The translations under genes were made by a program, and so were the position numbers. Source: Octopus sinensis (Eukaryota). Taken from it: a stretch of 64,000 bases of DNA. The first letter of the stretch is position 1; every line of letters begins with the position of its first letter. Below are positions 40,721-54,371 of the stretch, in pieces. The DNA lies in contig NC_043000.1 of assembly GCF_006345805.1 (NCBI RefSeq), positions 33,604,001 to 33,668,000 on the forward strand. Reading direction: 5' to 3'. A model generated the notes under the pieces. That model did not search any database and was not told where the DNA came from. It saw nothing but the letters and a program-made list of their open reading frames with translations.

Positions 40721-41658
40721 CTCGTACAAAAAAAACCATCAAACAAACGTAAAAAGTGTCCTGAATACCGCCCCCTTTCCCCTCCAACACCTGTCACAAG
40801 CAAAGACGGTTTCATAATAGTCCTTCCTGCCTTATAAATGGCTGCTAGTTTAATGCAGTTTACGAGTGGCGGCGGTGGCGGCGGTGGCGGCGGTGGCGGC
40901 AGCGGTGGTGGTGGTGGTGGTGGTGGTGGTGTCTTGAGGGGTCACCTAATGAACCAGATTCATGGAAGTATCATATAAAAACCTACGGCAGGATATTGAT
41001 CGATGTTGATTCCCTGTCATAAGACATGGCTTCCAGTCTTTTTATTTTCTGGAGAAGATGTGGAGTCAGTTTGGCGAAGGAACCGAGATTAGTTTTAATT
41101 GTTTTGGTGTAAAAGACTTTTGAAAAAAATAAAACGGTTTCTTCTTTAAAAATGTTCCGGGTCTTTGAGTTTGGAAATATCGAGGAATGGATGGTGTGTG
41201 GAATTGTCAGTTCGTGTGTGAAGGAGATAAATGAAAGAATGAGTCACAGAGAAACCAAAACTGTAAGATGGAATCATAGAGTCTGGGATTATTTGTTGCG
41301 ATAATCTTTCAAGCTATTTCTATGGATCAATATAATAATAGGTCTCTGTCACTGGAAAGAGAAGGGCTACAGTGCCATACATGCATACATACAGGCATGC
41401 AAACATGTATATAGACATACATACACACGTATAATAATACGGCACCCCCCCACATATATATTTATACATACATATAAACAGAGAGAGAGGAGAGAGAGAG
41501 AGAGGATGATTGATGTAGTGATGAAGAAGTCTCTGTAGTTAGAGAACTGTATAAATATAGATATCGCTTCCTGGTGTTACATCTATATGGCTATGGAGAT
41601 CTTTATATAATGATAAATTATAAATATATAATTATTATAATTATTATCATTTTCAGAT

Positions 41659-41721
<63 letters not shown>

Positions 41722-42949
41722 TACATACATATATATATGTATACACACAAACACACACACACACACATATATATGTATATAAATATTGTATATATGTAAG
41801 TGTATATATATGTATATATATATAATATATATATATTATTATGTATATATATATAATTTATATTACATATATATGTATATGTATAATATATATATATAAT
41901 ATATGAGCATATACACACATACATACATTCATGCATACTACACACTCACACACACCACACACACACACACACCACACACACTCATACACACACACGTACT
42001 GATGGAAGCATAGCCCTGCAGAGATCGCACCAATGATCATCTCAGTCACTTTATAAATCACTGTTTGAAGCCAAGCAAACTAAGGCGAAAGGAATTAAAC
42101 TTGAACTCAACGACGCATACACATAAACAACACACACACACACAACACACACACACACACATACGTATATACACCAAATAGACAAGCACACGACGTATTT
42201 TGGTGTCACGCGTTAATTGGTCGTGGGAAAAAGACCATTCTTTTATCCTTTGCATCTTTCAATGATTGGACTGCGTCCACGCTAGAGCGCCGCCTTGAAG
42301 GGTTAAGACGGACAAAATCCTAGTAGTTATTTGCCGAAACACTAAGCTAAGGGAACAGAAGCAGACCAACACCGGTTATCAAGCGGTTCGTGGGGGACAA
42401 ACTCAATCACCAAGATACAAATTCACTTGCAAGATGCGGGGCTATGGCATAGGACACTTGCTGAAGGTGATGCGCCGTGGCATTGAACCCGAAATCGCGT
42501 GGTTGCAAGGTGAGATCCTGAACTACACAGCCATGCTTGCGCTAATGGAGTTACTGTACAATGTTCCACGGGCAGACAACTTGCCTGTCCACTACATTGT
42601 CCCGAAGAAGCAGATAACAGATTATGCGATGCTAAGGACTGAACTGGAGACTGTAAGGTTTACCTTTTGTCAACCACCGAGAACCAATGAAGGAGTCAGT
42701 ACACATTTTGGTCCATTTTGGGAACATTTACCTACGTTACAAGCTGGCCGTCTGGGAAAGGCAAGAAGTGCTCGCTACACTTTTGGCGGCGGTAACCATC
42801 ATACAACAGACATCTTTAAAATATCTTTAAATTTCAATAAATCAAATATAGTGACCCCAATCTTAAATACGTTTTTATAAGACAAAAAAAAAAATGTAAT
42901 ATATTGGATCTATTAGCTTGAATGAAATTTCAAGAAGCAACAACTCCGT

Positions 42950-43905
42950 GTCGCTGATCTCTAGGGACATTGTGCGCTCTATGACAAACATAAATTTTGC
43001 ACTTGCAGCTCCATCGATGGCTAATGAGCTTGACAAGCTTTTGACCAACACACACGACTACAAACATTGCAGACCAAGCTTTCCCCATTCACTACACCAG
43101 CAGTGCGCTTTCGAGCAGCACGCTTAAGTTCTTCATGCTGAATACATGCTCTCTCAAAAATGTCGACCCCTCCTTAACCTGCTTCCTCCATCTGTGGCGA
43201 TGACAGGCATTGTTATCCTAGTCAGTCTCCTGCATATCATAGGCCTTTAATGAGGAATTGACACCTTAAATCGCAGCCTTGGTTTCTGCTGGGGTCTGTT
43301 TCCATTCATAAGTTCTCCATACAGCATCTGCTTAGGGATCCCGCTATCCTTCATTCTAATAACGTGTCTAGTCCAATGTAACCGGTGCTTGTGCACCATC
43401 GCCTCAATAATTAAGATAGCTGTCCTCAAGACCTGTGTGTCTGGAGTTTTTAAGGTCCAGCCAGCATTTAGAATGTGTCTCAGACATCTCTGACGAAAGC
43501 GTTCAAGGTCTCTTACATGACGTTTATATAGGGTCCATGTCTCACATGAGTGAAGGAGCGATGTCAGTACACATGCAAGGTACACAGCAATTTTTGTATG
43601 CTTTGTGATGCCATGCTGGGACCAGAGACGAGACTGAAGAGACTGGAAGGAATCAGTTGCTCTCTGGAGCTTGAAAGGTATTTCATCATCCAAGGAGCAA
43701 GAATGGCTGAGTGCGCTGCCCATGTAGACAAACTTGTCTACCACTTTCACAATTGTTCTTTCAACCAAAATAGCTGGTTCCACGTATGTGTTTCCTGGTG
43801 CAGGATGGAACATTACAACAGTCTTGTCAAGGCTAATGCTGAGTCCAAATGCCTTGCAAGAAGCAGAAATACGACTCATAAGTATATGTATGTCATCCAC
43901 TGTAT
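42950..43905 (-). mobile_element. RTE-clade LINE 3' part
   Basis: KAFGLSISLDKT, VDKFVYMGS, SCETWTLYKRH, IPKQMLYGEL..G.RP..KPRLRF; downstream CNVCSRVC zinc finger. Confidence 0.92.
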
Positions 43906-43910
43906 GAGTC

Positions 43911-43943
<33 letters not shown>

Positions 43944-43969
43944 CATACATACATACATACATCTATCTA

Positions 43970-44005
<36 letters not shown>

Positions 44006-44035
44006 AATACATACATTCATACATAGGTGCATGCA

Positions 44036-44066
<31 letters not shown>

Positions 44067-44314
44067 TATATATTTCTAAATACATCTAAATATATACATA
44101 CATGTACGCACACATACATACATGCACACACATACGCAAATACATATAAACATGCATGCATCCTTACACACGCACATATACATGCATTCATGCACACATA
44201 CTTAAATACAAGCAACATCGTCTAAAATTCCAATCATTCGGAAGAACCATAAACGTAGATTCCATGAAGTTCTGCGAATACAAATATGAATATGGACGTA
44301 ATTATGTTGGCACT

Positions 44315-44407
<93 letters not shown>

Positions 44408-44934
44408 ACACAGATATGTATATAGATATGTATATAGATATATACATATCTATATATTTCTATATTTCTATATTTCTATATATATTTGTGTGTGTATATG
44501 TGTGTGGAAATATATGAATGTATATACGTATATATGAATATATATGTGTACACATACATGCATAGACATACTCATATGTACACACATATATGTTTGCATG
44601 TATACATATATATATATATATGTATGTATAGAGTTATGCATGTTTGTATATTTTGGTTTGTAATATATTAGTATATTTATGTATGCACGGATGTATGTGT
44701 GTGCGTGTGCGAATAATAATGTGTGAATCTAATTGTCCGTAACATAAACTAGGATGATTTTAAATTTAGTGGCAAAATATATTAATGAAATTTTTGGTCA
44801 CCATGGAAACCACTTGAGAATTTAATAATTATAATTCACTTGCTTGATAATCATATAGATTTGATTTAGGTATGTATGGATGGGTGTATACGCTTGCATC
44901 TGTGTACAAATACAATATACACATATTCATATGT

Positions 44935-44984
<50 letters not shown>

Positions 44985-45071
44985 TATATATATTCACACA
45001 CATATATATATATATATGTATATATATTTATATATGTATCTATATATGTATATATTATATATATGTATGCA

Positions 45072-45109
<38 letters not shown>

Positions 45110-45467
45110 CACACATATATATATATACATATATGTATATATATTTATACATGTATGTATATATGTATATATTATTTATATGTATACATACCTATATATA
45201 TATATATATATATACACTAATCTCTCTCTCCCCCCTCTCTCTCTCTGCCTAAATATATATATATATAGATAGATATAGATATATACATACATACATACGT
45301 ATATACATTCATACTTATATATCCTGTGTTTGTGTGTTTGTGCGTGTGTGCGTGTGTGAATATGTATGAATTTATGAATATATGCGTATATGTATATTCG
45401 TTTATAGAAATGTTTATAAGATGGGTATATCTATATCTATCAATACACCACCCACCCCACACACGCA

Positions 45468-45516
<49 letters not shown>

Positions 45517-45984
45517 TAATGTATAGAAACACACATATATATCGCTAAACATATAGATAAAGCAATATATATATGTAAATATATATCTCTATATATACAT
45601 ATGCATATGCATATATATACATATATATATATACATATGTATATGCATATATATACATATATATATATACATTGACACATACGCATACAAAAATATATTC
45701 ACACACAGGCGCGAGCACACATACGCATATTTTTCGTCCACAAGCACATATATGCTTATACAGACGTACATACATACACACGTACATCGATGCAGTGTCT
45801 GCTCTAACTTATTACATGATAACAAATCTAACAGAAGCGAAATTACTATAATTTTATTAAACGAAAACATTGTAACGTTTCCCATTAAAATGTTGAATTT
45901 GTCCTGCTTTTATCGACAAATAATTTCGTAACGGTTTGCATGGCAATCAGTAAGATTTGATACATAAATTATTTGTTAAGTTTA

Positions 45985-46500
45985 ATAAATTCTCTATTGA
46001 TGTTAATTTTGGATGTTAATGAGGTTTGGTTGATTGCTTTTAGTATCGAATTGTGTCCACTGCAACGAAACACAAGTGGTGAAGCCAGGCCAGGGCAACA
46101 AGGAAGCTATTCGCGAATTTTCTTTCTTTGTCTTATCCAACGATACTGGCAAAATCTTTGTGTCTTTTCTATAAGTATTTCCAGTCATTGCTCTGATAAA
46201 CTTTCTGGTCACGTGCCCTCCATCAAGACCTTTAAACGTGTTACCCGCTTTTGTCCCCAGACGCATCGTTTCTCTGCTCAGTTTCCTGTCAGTCATAAGT
46301 TCTTTAATCCTAATAACATCTTTCCTCAATCTGCTGTTCTCTGGAATTCATTGCCATTGATTTGCTTTTCTCTGGTCTATGATATTCAGTCTTTTAACAT
46401 TTCTGTCAATCAAGATTTTTTTTTGGAATTTGCAGGACCCTTTTTTCCTTTTAAGTATTCCCTTATGCTACAGTAGACTCAAGCATTGTTTGGGACAAAA
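45985..46500 (+). mobile_element. CR1/L2-group LINE 3' end
   Basis: C-terminal signature CSDKLSGHVP...RVTR...HRFS...FPQSAVLWNSLP..CF...Y..QSF..SVN in ORF 45973..46476. Confidence 0.8.
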
Positions 46501-46772
46501 ATTGAATTTAAAAAAGAGGCAGGCCTCCGTGCTTCTGACAAATGTATGAATCGCTGTCTGACAACAAGCCAGAAGATAGTTGCTAGTATCTAGACATTTC
46601 ATTTAGCATTTATGACGAAGCTGAGAATTAAACCCACCGAATCAAAGACTACAATTCCTTTTGTTAAAGTTTCACTAGGGTTATCTGTAGAATAAAACAT
46701 TCAAATCATGACTGAATTGCATATCCAATAGATGGTTGCTACGAAAATAGCAATCAATATTTGCAGCCTTGC

Positions 46773-47178
46773 AAGGCGGCGAGCTGGCAGAAACGTTAGC
46801 AGGCCGGGCGAAATGCGTAGCCGTATTTCGTCTGCCGTTACGTTCTGGGTTCAAATTCCGCCGAGGTCGACTTTGCCTTTCATCCTTTCGGGGTCGATAA
46901 ATTAAGTACCAGTTACGCACTGGGGTCGATATAATCGACTTCATCCGTTTGCCTGTCCTTGTTTGTCCTCTCTGTGTTTAGCCCCTTGTGGGTAGTAAAG
47001 AAATAAGTATTTCATCTGCCGCTACGTTCTGAGTTCAAATTCCGCCGAGGTCGACTTTGCCTTTTACCCTTTCGAGGTCGATTAAATAAGTACCAGTTAC
47101 GCACTGGGGTCGATCTAATCGACTGGCCCTCCTCCGCCAAAATTTCCGGCCTTGTGTCTAGAGTAGAAACGAATATTT
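46773..47178 (+). mobile_element. SINE S1 full copy followed by a headless S1 copy with a different tail
   Basis: Core ctttgcctttcatcctttcggggtcgataaattaagtaccag occurs twice (~46870 and ~47056, second copy diverged). Confidence 0.9.
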
Positions 47179-47529
47179 ACAGCGTTGCTGAAACTTCTGC
47201 CTCGTATATGACGGATTTAATCATACATCCCTGGTCGAGTGGATGGGTTCCAGGGTCTCGACATTTACAACTGGGAATGGGTCCTTGGTGTTGTTCGCGT
47301 GTAGTGGGGATTTTCATATTGGAGCAGAAGCTATGTGATAATTTCGCTGAACACCTTCTAAATATCTTCCTGATCCTGCGATTTTCTGGAAAATGTTTGT
47401 CTAGGAGGGACAGGAATCTTTCACCTGTTAGTTTTTACAATAAGGGAGGGGGTAGGCGAACCAAATTATTTCCCTAGGTCTATTTTTATGTCTAATATTA
47501 TTATACCTATTGATTGATATTAGACAAGG

Positions 47530-47850
47530 GATGTGTGATCTAATCCGCCATAAATGAGGCAGAAATAACAGCAACGCTAAATGATTACACAAGCGACAAG
47601 AAGAGCTATAAAGGCGAATTCAAAACTCGCTATGCTAACCACATCTCTTCCCTCCGACACAGGGATAAAACAAAAACTAGTAAGTTGACTAACCACGGAT
47701 GGGGTTCGAAGTTCAATGCCACACTACATACGATTAAGTGGAAAATAGTCGAAAAATCCACACCATATATTAACGGATGGAAAATAAAATGTAAGCTGTG
47801 CATAGCTGAAAAGAGTCAGTTCCTTTTCAGTGATTGTAAGCATATGGTTT
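47530..47850 (+). pseudogene. Penelope-like element GIY-YIG endonuclease remnant
   Basis: EFKTRYANHISSLRH...SKLTNH..W.....IKWKIVEKSTPY...CKLCIAEK. Confidence 0.78.
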
Positions 47851-48139
47851 ATGTTCCTGTTGACGAATTGGAAATGTCCACCCTTTCCGGATTGAACAGC
47901 TTCCATGCCGCTATCTTTTCAGCTTTATATTTTACTGTCTAACCCTAATCCAATCCCGCTTTTGCTTCTTTCTGTTTTCTTTTTCCTTTCCCGGTTTTTC
48001 AACCTTTCACATTTTATATCTACTTCTTACTCGCTTTTTTTTTCGGTTTTTCTGATATCCTCTCGTTCCATTTTTCAGTTTGTCATGCCATATGGGCAGT
48101 GCCCGAATATATGTATGTATATGTATGTGTATATATATA

Positions 48140-48335
48140 TTGGCCATGATAGATCACTAGCCACTAAACCATTTTTTTATTTTCTCTCCCTGTTTGTTTC
48201 TGTTTCTTTCTGTTAAAGAGTGTAGGCTCGAAACGTAAAAGACTTTCTCACTTCCCGAGCGTTAAACTAATACATCTGTTTGTTGTTTACACAGCCGTCT
48301 TCGTCTTTTGCTTTTTGTATTCTCACTATATATAT
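48140..48335 (+). mobile_element. Family X copy
   Basis: tcttt-CTGTTAA-a-gagt(gtag)gctc-GAA-ACGT-A-aaaga at 48205-48242. Confidence 0.75.
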
Positions 48336-48853
48336 ATAATGAATTTTTCGTTGAGTATCTTTTCTTTTTCGGTTATAGCCAGTCATATGATGCAACTCAT
48401 AATGGAGATGTTAAAAGATATTAAATAATCAAGCGATTCGTGTACCTGAAAAATTTTGTAATAAGGAAAGGCCTCGTACAAGGTCGATCTAGCTCTCTAA
48501 ATAACGAATGCAATTACCTAAAACTAAAGAGTTCTCTAAATCATTGGATGCAAACAAAATTGCACATGTTACATCGGAGTTTTCTTTCTGGAGAGACTGA
48601 CTAAACGATCTGGATGAAGAACTTTCGTCATTTTCCTTCTACTAACAAAGGCTCTCAATGCAGTTCTATGGATGATGTCCCTGAGAGAGTCCTATCTCTG
48701 CTGAACATTGTCCCCCTGATGGGTCTGCAAAGAGGGCATCTCCTAGTGTCTTGAAGAATACATGTGTCTTAGTTGGGTGTTGATTTGAGGTAGCACTGAT
48801 GCGCTGCTATATACATACATACATATATCTATATATCTATCTATCTATCTATC

Positions 48854-48884
<31 letters not shown>

Positions 48885-49065
48885 GAAATTAACAGAAAAG
48901 CAAAAGACAAAGACAGGTGTATAAACAACAAGCAGGTGTACTAGTTTAACGCTCGAGAAGGTGAGAAAGTATTTTACGTTTTGAGTCTATGCTCTTCAAC
49001 AGAAAGGAACACGAAGACATAAACAGAGAAAATAAAAAACTTGTGGATTTAGCGGTCAAACATGC
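48885..49065 (-). mobile_element. Family X copy
   Basis: Reverse complement ccttt-CTGTTGA-a-gagc(atag)actc-AAA-ACGT-A. Confidence 0.75.
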
Positions 49066-49112
49066 ACTTTCGCATGCCTTGTTTATATATGTACCATATC
49101 TATATGTATAAG

Positions 49113-49405
<293 letters not shown>

Positions 49406-49599
49406 ATATATGTATATATATATATATATATATAGTCACTTTTGTGACCTCTATTAATTTTACTTTTATGCTTTAATTGCTAATAAACCCACTTTTTAAT
49501 TTATTGTTTACACTTTTACCGTTTTGAAAATCAGCACGTTTTCAACGGTTTTCCTTGTAAGACTGATAGAGGCAGTCGTGTTTAACTCTAGGCTTTAAG

Positions 49600-49655
49600 A
49601 GTCGCTGATGAAGATTAAGATGGCCTGCATCAAAATCCGAAATTGCGATCCGGCT
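49600..49655 (+). ncRNA. Type I hammerhead ribozyme-like motif
   Basis: agtcg-CTGATGA-a-gatt(17 nt)aatc-c-GAA-ATTGCGAT-C-cggct; AUC triplet; closing pair of stem II is a mismatch. Confidence 0.55.
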
Positions 49656-50521
49656 ATGCACGCTGGGGACTTACCTCTCTATTATCAGTGATTAAGTTCA
49701 GTGTTCTTGTGGCTTTGAGTTATTTTAACAAAATATGTGCTAGTCAGTACCATCTGTCACCTTTTTTACCTCTATAAAATCGCCTTTATTTAATTCCTAA
49801 TAAGCTACTCTTTTTTTAATTTTAGAGTGAATATATATATTTATATGTGAGTGGGTGTGCGTGTGTGTGTGTGTGTGTGTAAGTAGATATGTATACATGT
49901 GTGTAAGTGTGTGTATGCACACGCGAGCATCTGCGTATGTATATGCGAGCGAGTGTAGGTGTGCTTATATATGTACGTGAGTGCGCGTACATATCCGTAT
50001 ATGTGAGCGTGTGTATATATCCGTATGTATATGTGTGTGTAGATTTTATATATGTATATATGTGTGTGAGTGCGTGCGCGCATGCATATATGCGTGTATC
50101 TGTCCGAGTGTTGAATCTTAAAGGCCAGCTAAGGAGAATCATATGTGTAACCAACCATGAAGAACAAATAAACAGTACAAAGAAATAAAATACCAATCTC
50201 TTTAAAACGCAACCACTTTAAGAGTACGAGAATCACATCCCACTACATTTACGCATTCAAAGCAGTTTGCCAACGGCCCTTCACCAACAACATACCCTGA
50301 TAGGCTTTGTGAGTACTACTAAATTAAGGCCACGAAAGAGAGATAGAATGTTCTTGAAGCCGAGGATTTTAAATTTACAGAGAAAATATTTACATATTAC
50401 CTGAGGAAACACAACTAGATCTCATAATGCAGGGAAATAGTTTCTTAATCAAGTACCACCTGCACATCTTGAGAACTACGTTGCGTGCAAACAATTGTAG
50501 TGATTAAAAAATAAATGTCCA

Positions 50522-51333
50522 CTCTTTGATCTCTTTCGGGACTCCTCTTTGATCTCTTTCGGGACTCCTCTTTGATCTCTTTCGGCACCCTCTTTGATCT
50601 CTTTCGGGACTCCTCTTTGATCTCTTTCGGCACCCTCTTTGATCTCTTTCGGGACTCCTCTTTGATATCTTTCGGCACACTCTTTGATCTCTTTCGGGAC
50701 CCTCTTTCATCTCTTTCGGGACTCCTCTTTGATCTCTTTCGGCACCTTCTTTGATCTCTTTCGGGACCCTCTTTGATCTCTTTCGGGACTCCCCTTTGAT
50801 CTCTTTCGGCACCCTCTTTGATCTCTTTCGGGACTCCTCTTTGATCTCTTTCGGGACTCCTCTTTGATCTCTTTCGGGACTCCTTTTTGAACTCTTTCGA
50901 CACCCTCTTTGATCTCTTTCGGGACTCCTCTTTGATCTCTTTCGGGACTCCTCTTTGATCCCTTTCGGGACCCTCTTTGATCTCTTTCGGGACTCCTCTT
51001 TTATCTCTTTCGGCACCCTCTTTGATCTCTTTCGGGACTCCTTTTTGATCTCTTTCGGCACCCTCTTTGATTTCTTTCGGGACTCATCTTTGATCTCTTT
51101 CGGGACTGCTCTTTGATCTCTTTCGGGACTCCTCTTTGATCTCTTTCGGCACCCTCTTTGATCTCTTTCGGAACTCCTCTTTGATCTCTTTCGGCACCCT
51201 CTTTGATCTCTTTCGGGACTCCTCTTTGATCTCTTTCGGCACCCTCTTTGATCTCTTTCGGGACTATTCTTTGATATCTTTCGGGACTCCTCTTTGATCT
51301 CTTTCGGAACTCCTCTTTGATCTCTTTCGGCAC
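50522..51333. repeat. Minisatellite of alternating 23-bp and 22-bp units (about 36 units)
   Basis: ctctttgatctctttcgggactc / ctctttgatctctttcggcacc. Confidence 0.95.
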
Positions 51334-51529
51334 AACCGTACCCTTCTTGTTGACTCCAATTTTCTCAATTATCTATTCACACACGACAGATGCCCAAATG
51401 CAAACCTAGAAATACATATAATATTACTACTGGAAAGCACAGTTTAAATGTGAAAGTGGACGAGCGAGCTTTATACTGTATTCTACTATGTTCTTAACAG
51501 AATATACTATAATTATATATATACACATA

Positions 51530-51660
51530 TAAGACTGGCTTCTTACGGTTTATGTCAACCAGATATACTCACAAGTCTTTGGTCGGCCCGGGTCTATAGC
51601 AGAAGACACTTGCCCAAGGTGTCACGCAATAGTACTGAACCCAGAACCATGTGGTTGGGA
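51530..51660 (-). mobile_element. CORE-like SINE S3, truncated
   Basis: agaagacacttgcccaaggtgtcacgc...gaacccagaaccatgtggttggga. Confidence 0.75.
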
Positions 51661-51681
51661 ATACATATATATTTATATATA

Positions 51682-52933
51682 TCTGTATATATATACGGCA
51701 AGATGTGTGTGTGTGTGTACGTGATTGTAGTTTATGCACATCCACAAATTAGCACGCATGTCGCTCAAATTTTAGGAGGACATTCGTCAACATCCTATCT
51801 GGGTTTTGACAACTTATCTTTTTCCCGAGGCACCCGCGGATAGCGGTAAAAATCTATTTTCAGCCATAACTTTTAGCGGTAAAAATCTATTTTCAGCCAT
51901 AGCTTTTTGACGGCGTCTAACAAAAGAAAACAAGATAAAGAAAAGTGGAAGAAGAGAGGCAGAGAGTTTCACGGGAAAGACAAAGTGACAGAGGGAGAGA
52001 GAGTAAGTGACGACGTTCCTAAAAATCTATTTGCAGCCATAGCTTTCTGACGGCGTCTAACAAAAAAAAAACAAGATAAAGAAAAGTGGAATGAAGCAGA
52101 GAGTTTCACCGGAAAGACAAAGTGAGAGAGGGAGAGAGAGAGAGAGAGAGAGAGTAAGTGACGACGTTCATAAAATATAAAATGTAAAATGTTTTGTCTT
52201 TTCTTAAACAAGACATATAGTGTTCAAATTCAGGATGTTTTTGAAAGACACTATATTTTATAATCCTAGTATATATACTTTCTCACACAACAATTACAAT
52301 ATATTTATTTTAAATCATTTATTTATTTTAAATCGTTCATCTTTCTCTCCCTCTCTCTCACACACATTATTTTGGGTGCGAAAGAGTTTTGATTTTATTT
52401 TACGCCGAGTAAAAAAGTGTTTTGTTGACAATCCATTTATTTAACAACAAAGAAACAAAGAGGTGAGCAGCAATTCGTCAGTGAATTGCACAATATAAAT
52501 GGGTACAATTTCCGAGGCTTCCACCACACCCACTCCGTTTCACGGACCACAAAAGGGTTTTATAGCATATTAGGAGGCCAGAGTAGTTGATTCCACGCAA
52601 AAAAAAAACACGATTATTTTTCTTAGTGAAAATCGTGCGAGTGTTAATCTACAAATTTATCAACATTTTCCCATTCATTTCTGTTTATGAACATGCACAA
52701 AACATGCAATAGGTGTACGTACGTACATGTATGTTCGTTTCTGTTGCCCATATATATTTATATTATATTATCTTATATGTATATAATATATATAATATAT
52801 ATATAATATAACCAATTTCAACGGATTTTGCCCAAATTTGACGTCGATATTACTTAGTTTGGTTTGAAATAAAGAACTTGATTAGCTTAATAATCGTAAC
52901 TTAATCCCGGGCAAGGCCGGGTTATACTGCTAG
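51682..52933 (+). mobile_element. Complete non-autonomous Helitron (1252 bp)
   Basis: A|TC 5' end at 51682; 3' hairpin cccgg-gcaagg-ccggg (52906-52921), then CTAG (52930-52933)|T; no TSD. Confidence 0.88.
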
Positions 52934-53013
52934 TATATATATAAACATATACGTAAAGTTGGGTGTTACCGAACGAGTAGAAATATAAGGAAGTCTTTTA
53001 AAAGTATTTATTA

Positions 53014-53056
53014 ACTTAACCGGTTTCGCTTATTTCAAAAAGATTTTCAAAAGTAA
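53014..53056 (-). ncRNA. Hammerhead-like motif, U3-A8 variant, decayed stem II
   Basis: Reverse complement actt-TTGAAAA-tctt(tttgaaat)aagc-GAA-ACCGGT-T-aagt. Confidence 0.45.
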
Positions 53057-53281
53057 GGTATGAGGCTTTGTGCATCCTCTCTGGTGTCAAAAATTAGTTT
53101 TCATAAATGTATTCAAATCAAGTGAAAGAGTCTTTGTCAATGATAAGAAAAATTTCGAGGCTTTGTGTATCGTCTGTGACGAGTCAAAAAATAGTTTACG
53201 TAAAAAACATTCAGATCAGGTAAAAAATTATTTTACAATAAGAGGATAACAAGTAATGTACATGAATATATCCCAATCAAG

Positions 53282-53504
53282 AAGGCGGCGAGCTGGCAGA
53301 ATGGTTACCACGCCGGGCGAAATGCGTAGCGATATTTCGTCTGCCTTTACGTTCTGAGTTCAAATCCCGCCGAGGTCGACTTTGCCTTTCATCATTTCGG
53401 GGTCGATAAATTAAGTACCACTTACGCACTGGGGCCGATGTAATCTGTTTGTCGGTCCTAGTTTGTCCCCTCTGTGTTTGGCCCCTTGTGGGTAATAAAG
53501 AAAT
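53282..53504 (+). mobile_element. SINE S1 with 16-bp TSD
   Basis: TSD atatatccc(a/g)atcaag at 53266-53281 and 53505-53520. Confidence 0.92.
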
Positions 53505-53689
53505 ATATATCCCGATCAAGTAACAGTCTCTGACAAGAAGATAAAATATGTTACAGACTATTTAAAATTCTCGGATCTGGCTTCTAAGAGTCTTGTGTCT
53601 GGTTGGAGTTTGGCAGTTATAAACAAGATTGCAATTCTTCTGTATAAAATCTTCCCTTTATCCAAAAATGTTAAATATTAATGACATAT

Positions 53690-54122
53690 CCTTTAAATGC
53701 CAATGTCATCTAGAATTCATTTCCTTTTACACCTAATGACATAAATGAAATATTTTGATGCGCAGGTGAAGTTATTTTTCGCAACAAAAGTGTGTCATGA
53801 CTGAAATTTATATATTGTACCTTCAATAAGGTCCTGCATTTAGAGGGATCACATTTTCTGACGGTTGGTGTTTGGTTTGTGGTAAGTAATTTTGCATCGG
53901 TGAGTAATGGGTTTAAGGATTTAAGTTGTCTCTTGCTTTGTTTCCGACGACTTTAAATAGTTTGTAACAGATTTTATCTTCTTGTCAAAGATTCTATTGA
54001 TCGGGATATATTCTTGTAAACTATTTTCATCTTTTTATCATTATAAAAATTGTTATAACCTGATCTGAATGTTTTTTACGTAAACTATTTTTTGACTCGT
54101 CACAGACGATACACAAAGCCTC
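53690..54122 (-). mobile_element. Penelope-like element remnant (Cys linker plus GIY-YIG start)
   Basis: Minus-strand TVRKCDPSKCRT...NNFTCASKYFIYVIRCK; inverted partner arm at 53157-53575. Confidence 0.65.
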
Positions 54123-54371
54123 ATTCGTGCAAAAGAGTGCCAGTCTATAGCATGACTGAAAAACCACATCAATATTAAAGAGAAAGATCAAGCAATTTCA
54201 TTGATTGAAATTATGCTGCGACTATCTTACATACGACATAGCTGTGATTGATGTTTATAACCAATGTTTATAACAACTGTGTACGCACGTACACAGGTAG
54301 ATAGATAGGTAGGTAGATAGATAGATATATACATACATACATACGTATATACATACATACATACATACACC

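Noticed and set aside
39988-40837. Long mucin-like or proline-rich ORFs on both strands
   Set aside because: Composed of trinucleotide tracts; overlapping ORFs in several frames indicate low complexity
42434-42880. 148-aa plus-strand ORF
   Set aside because: Begins in the antisense of a CORE-like SINE and has no recognisable motif
50522-51333. CRISPR-like array
   Set aside because: Units are contiguous with no unique spacers, no cas genes, eukaryotic context
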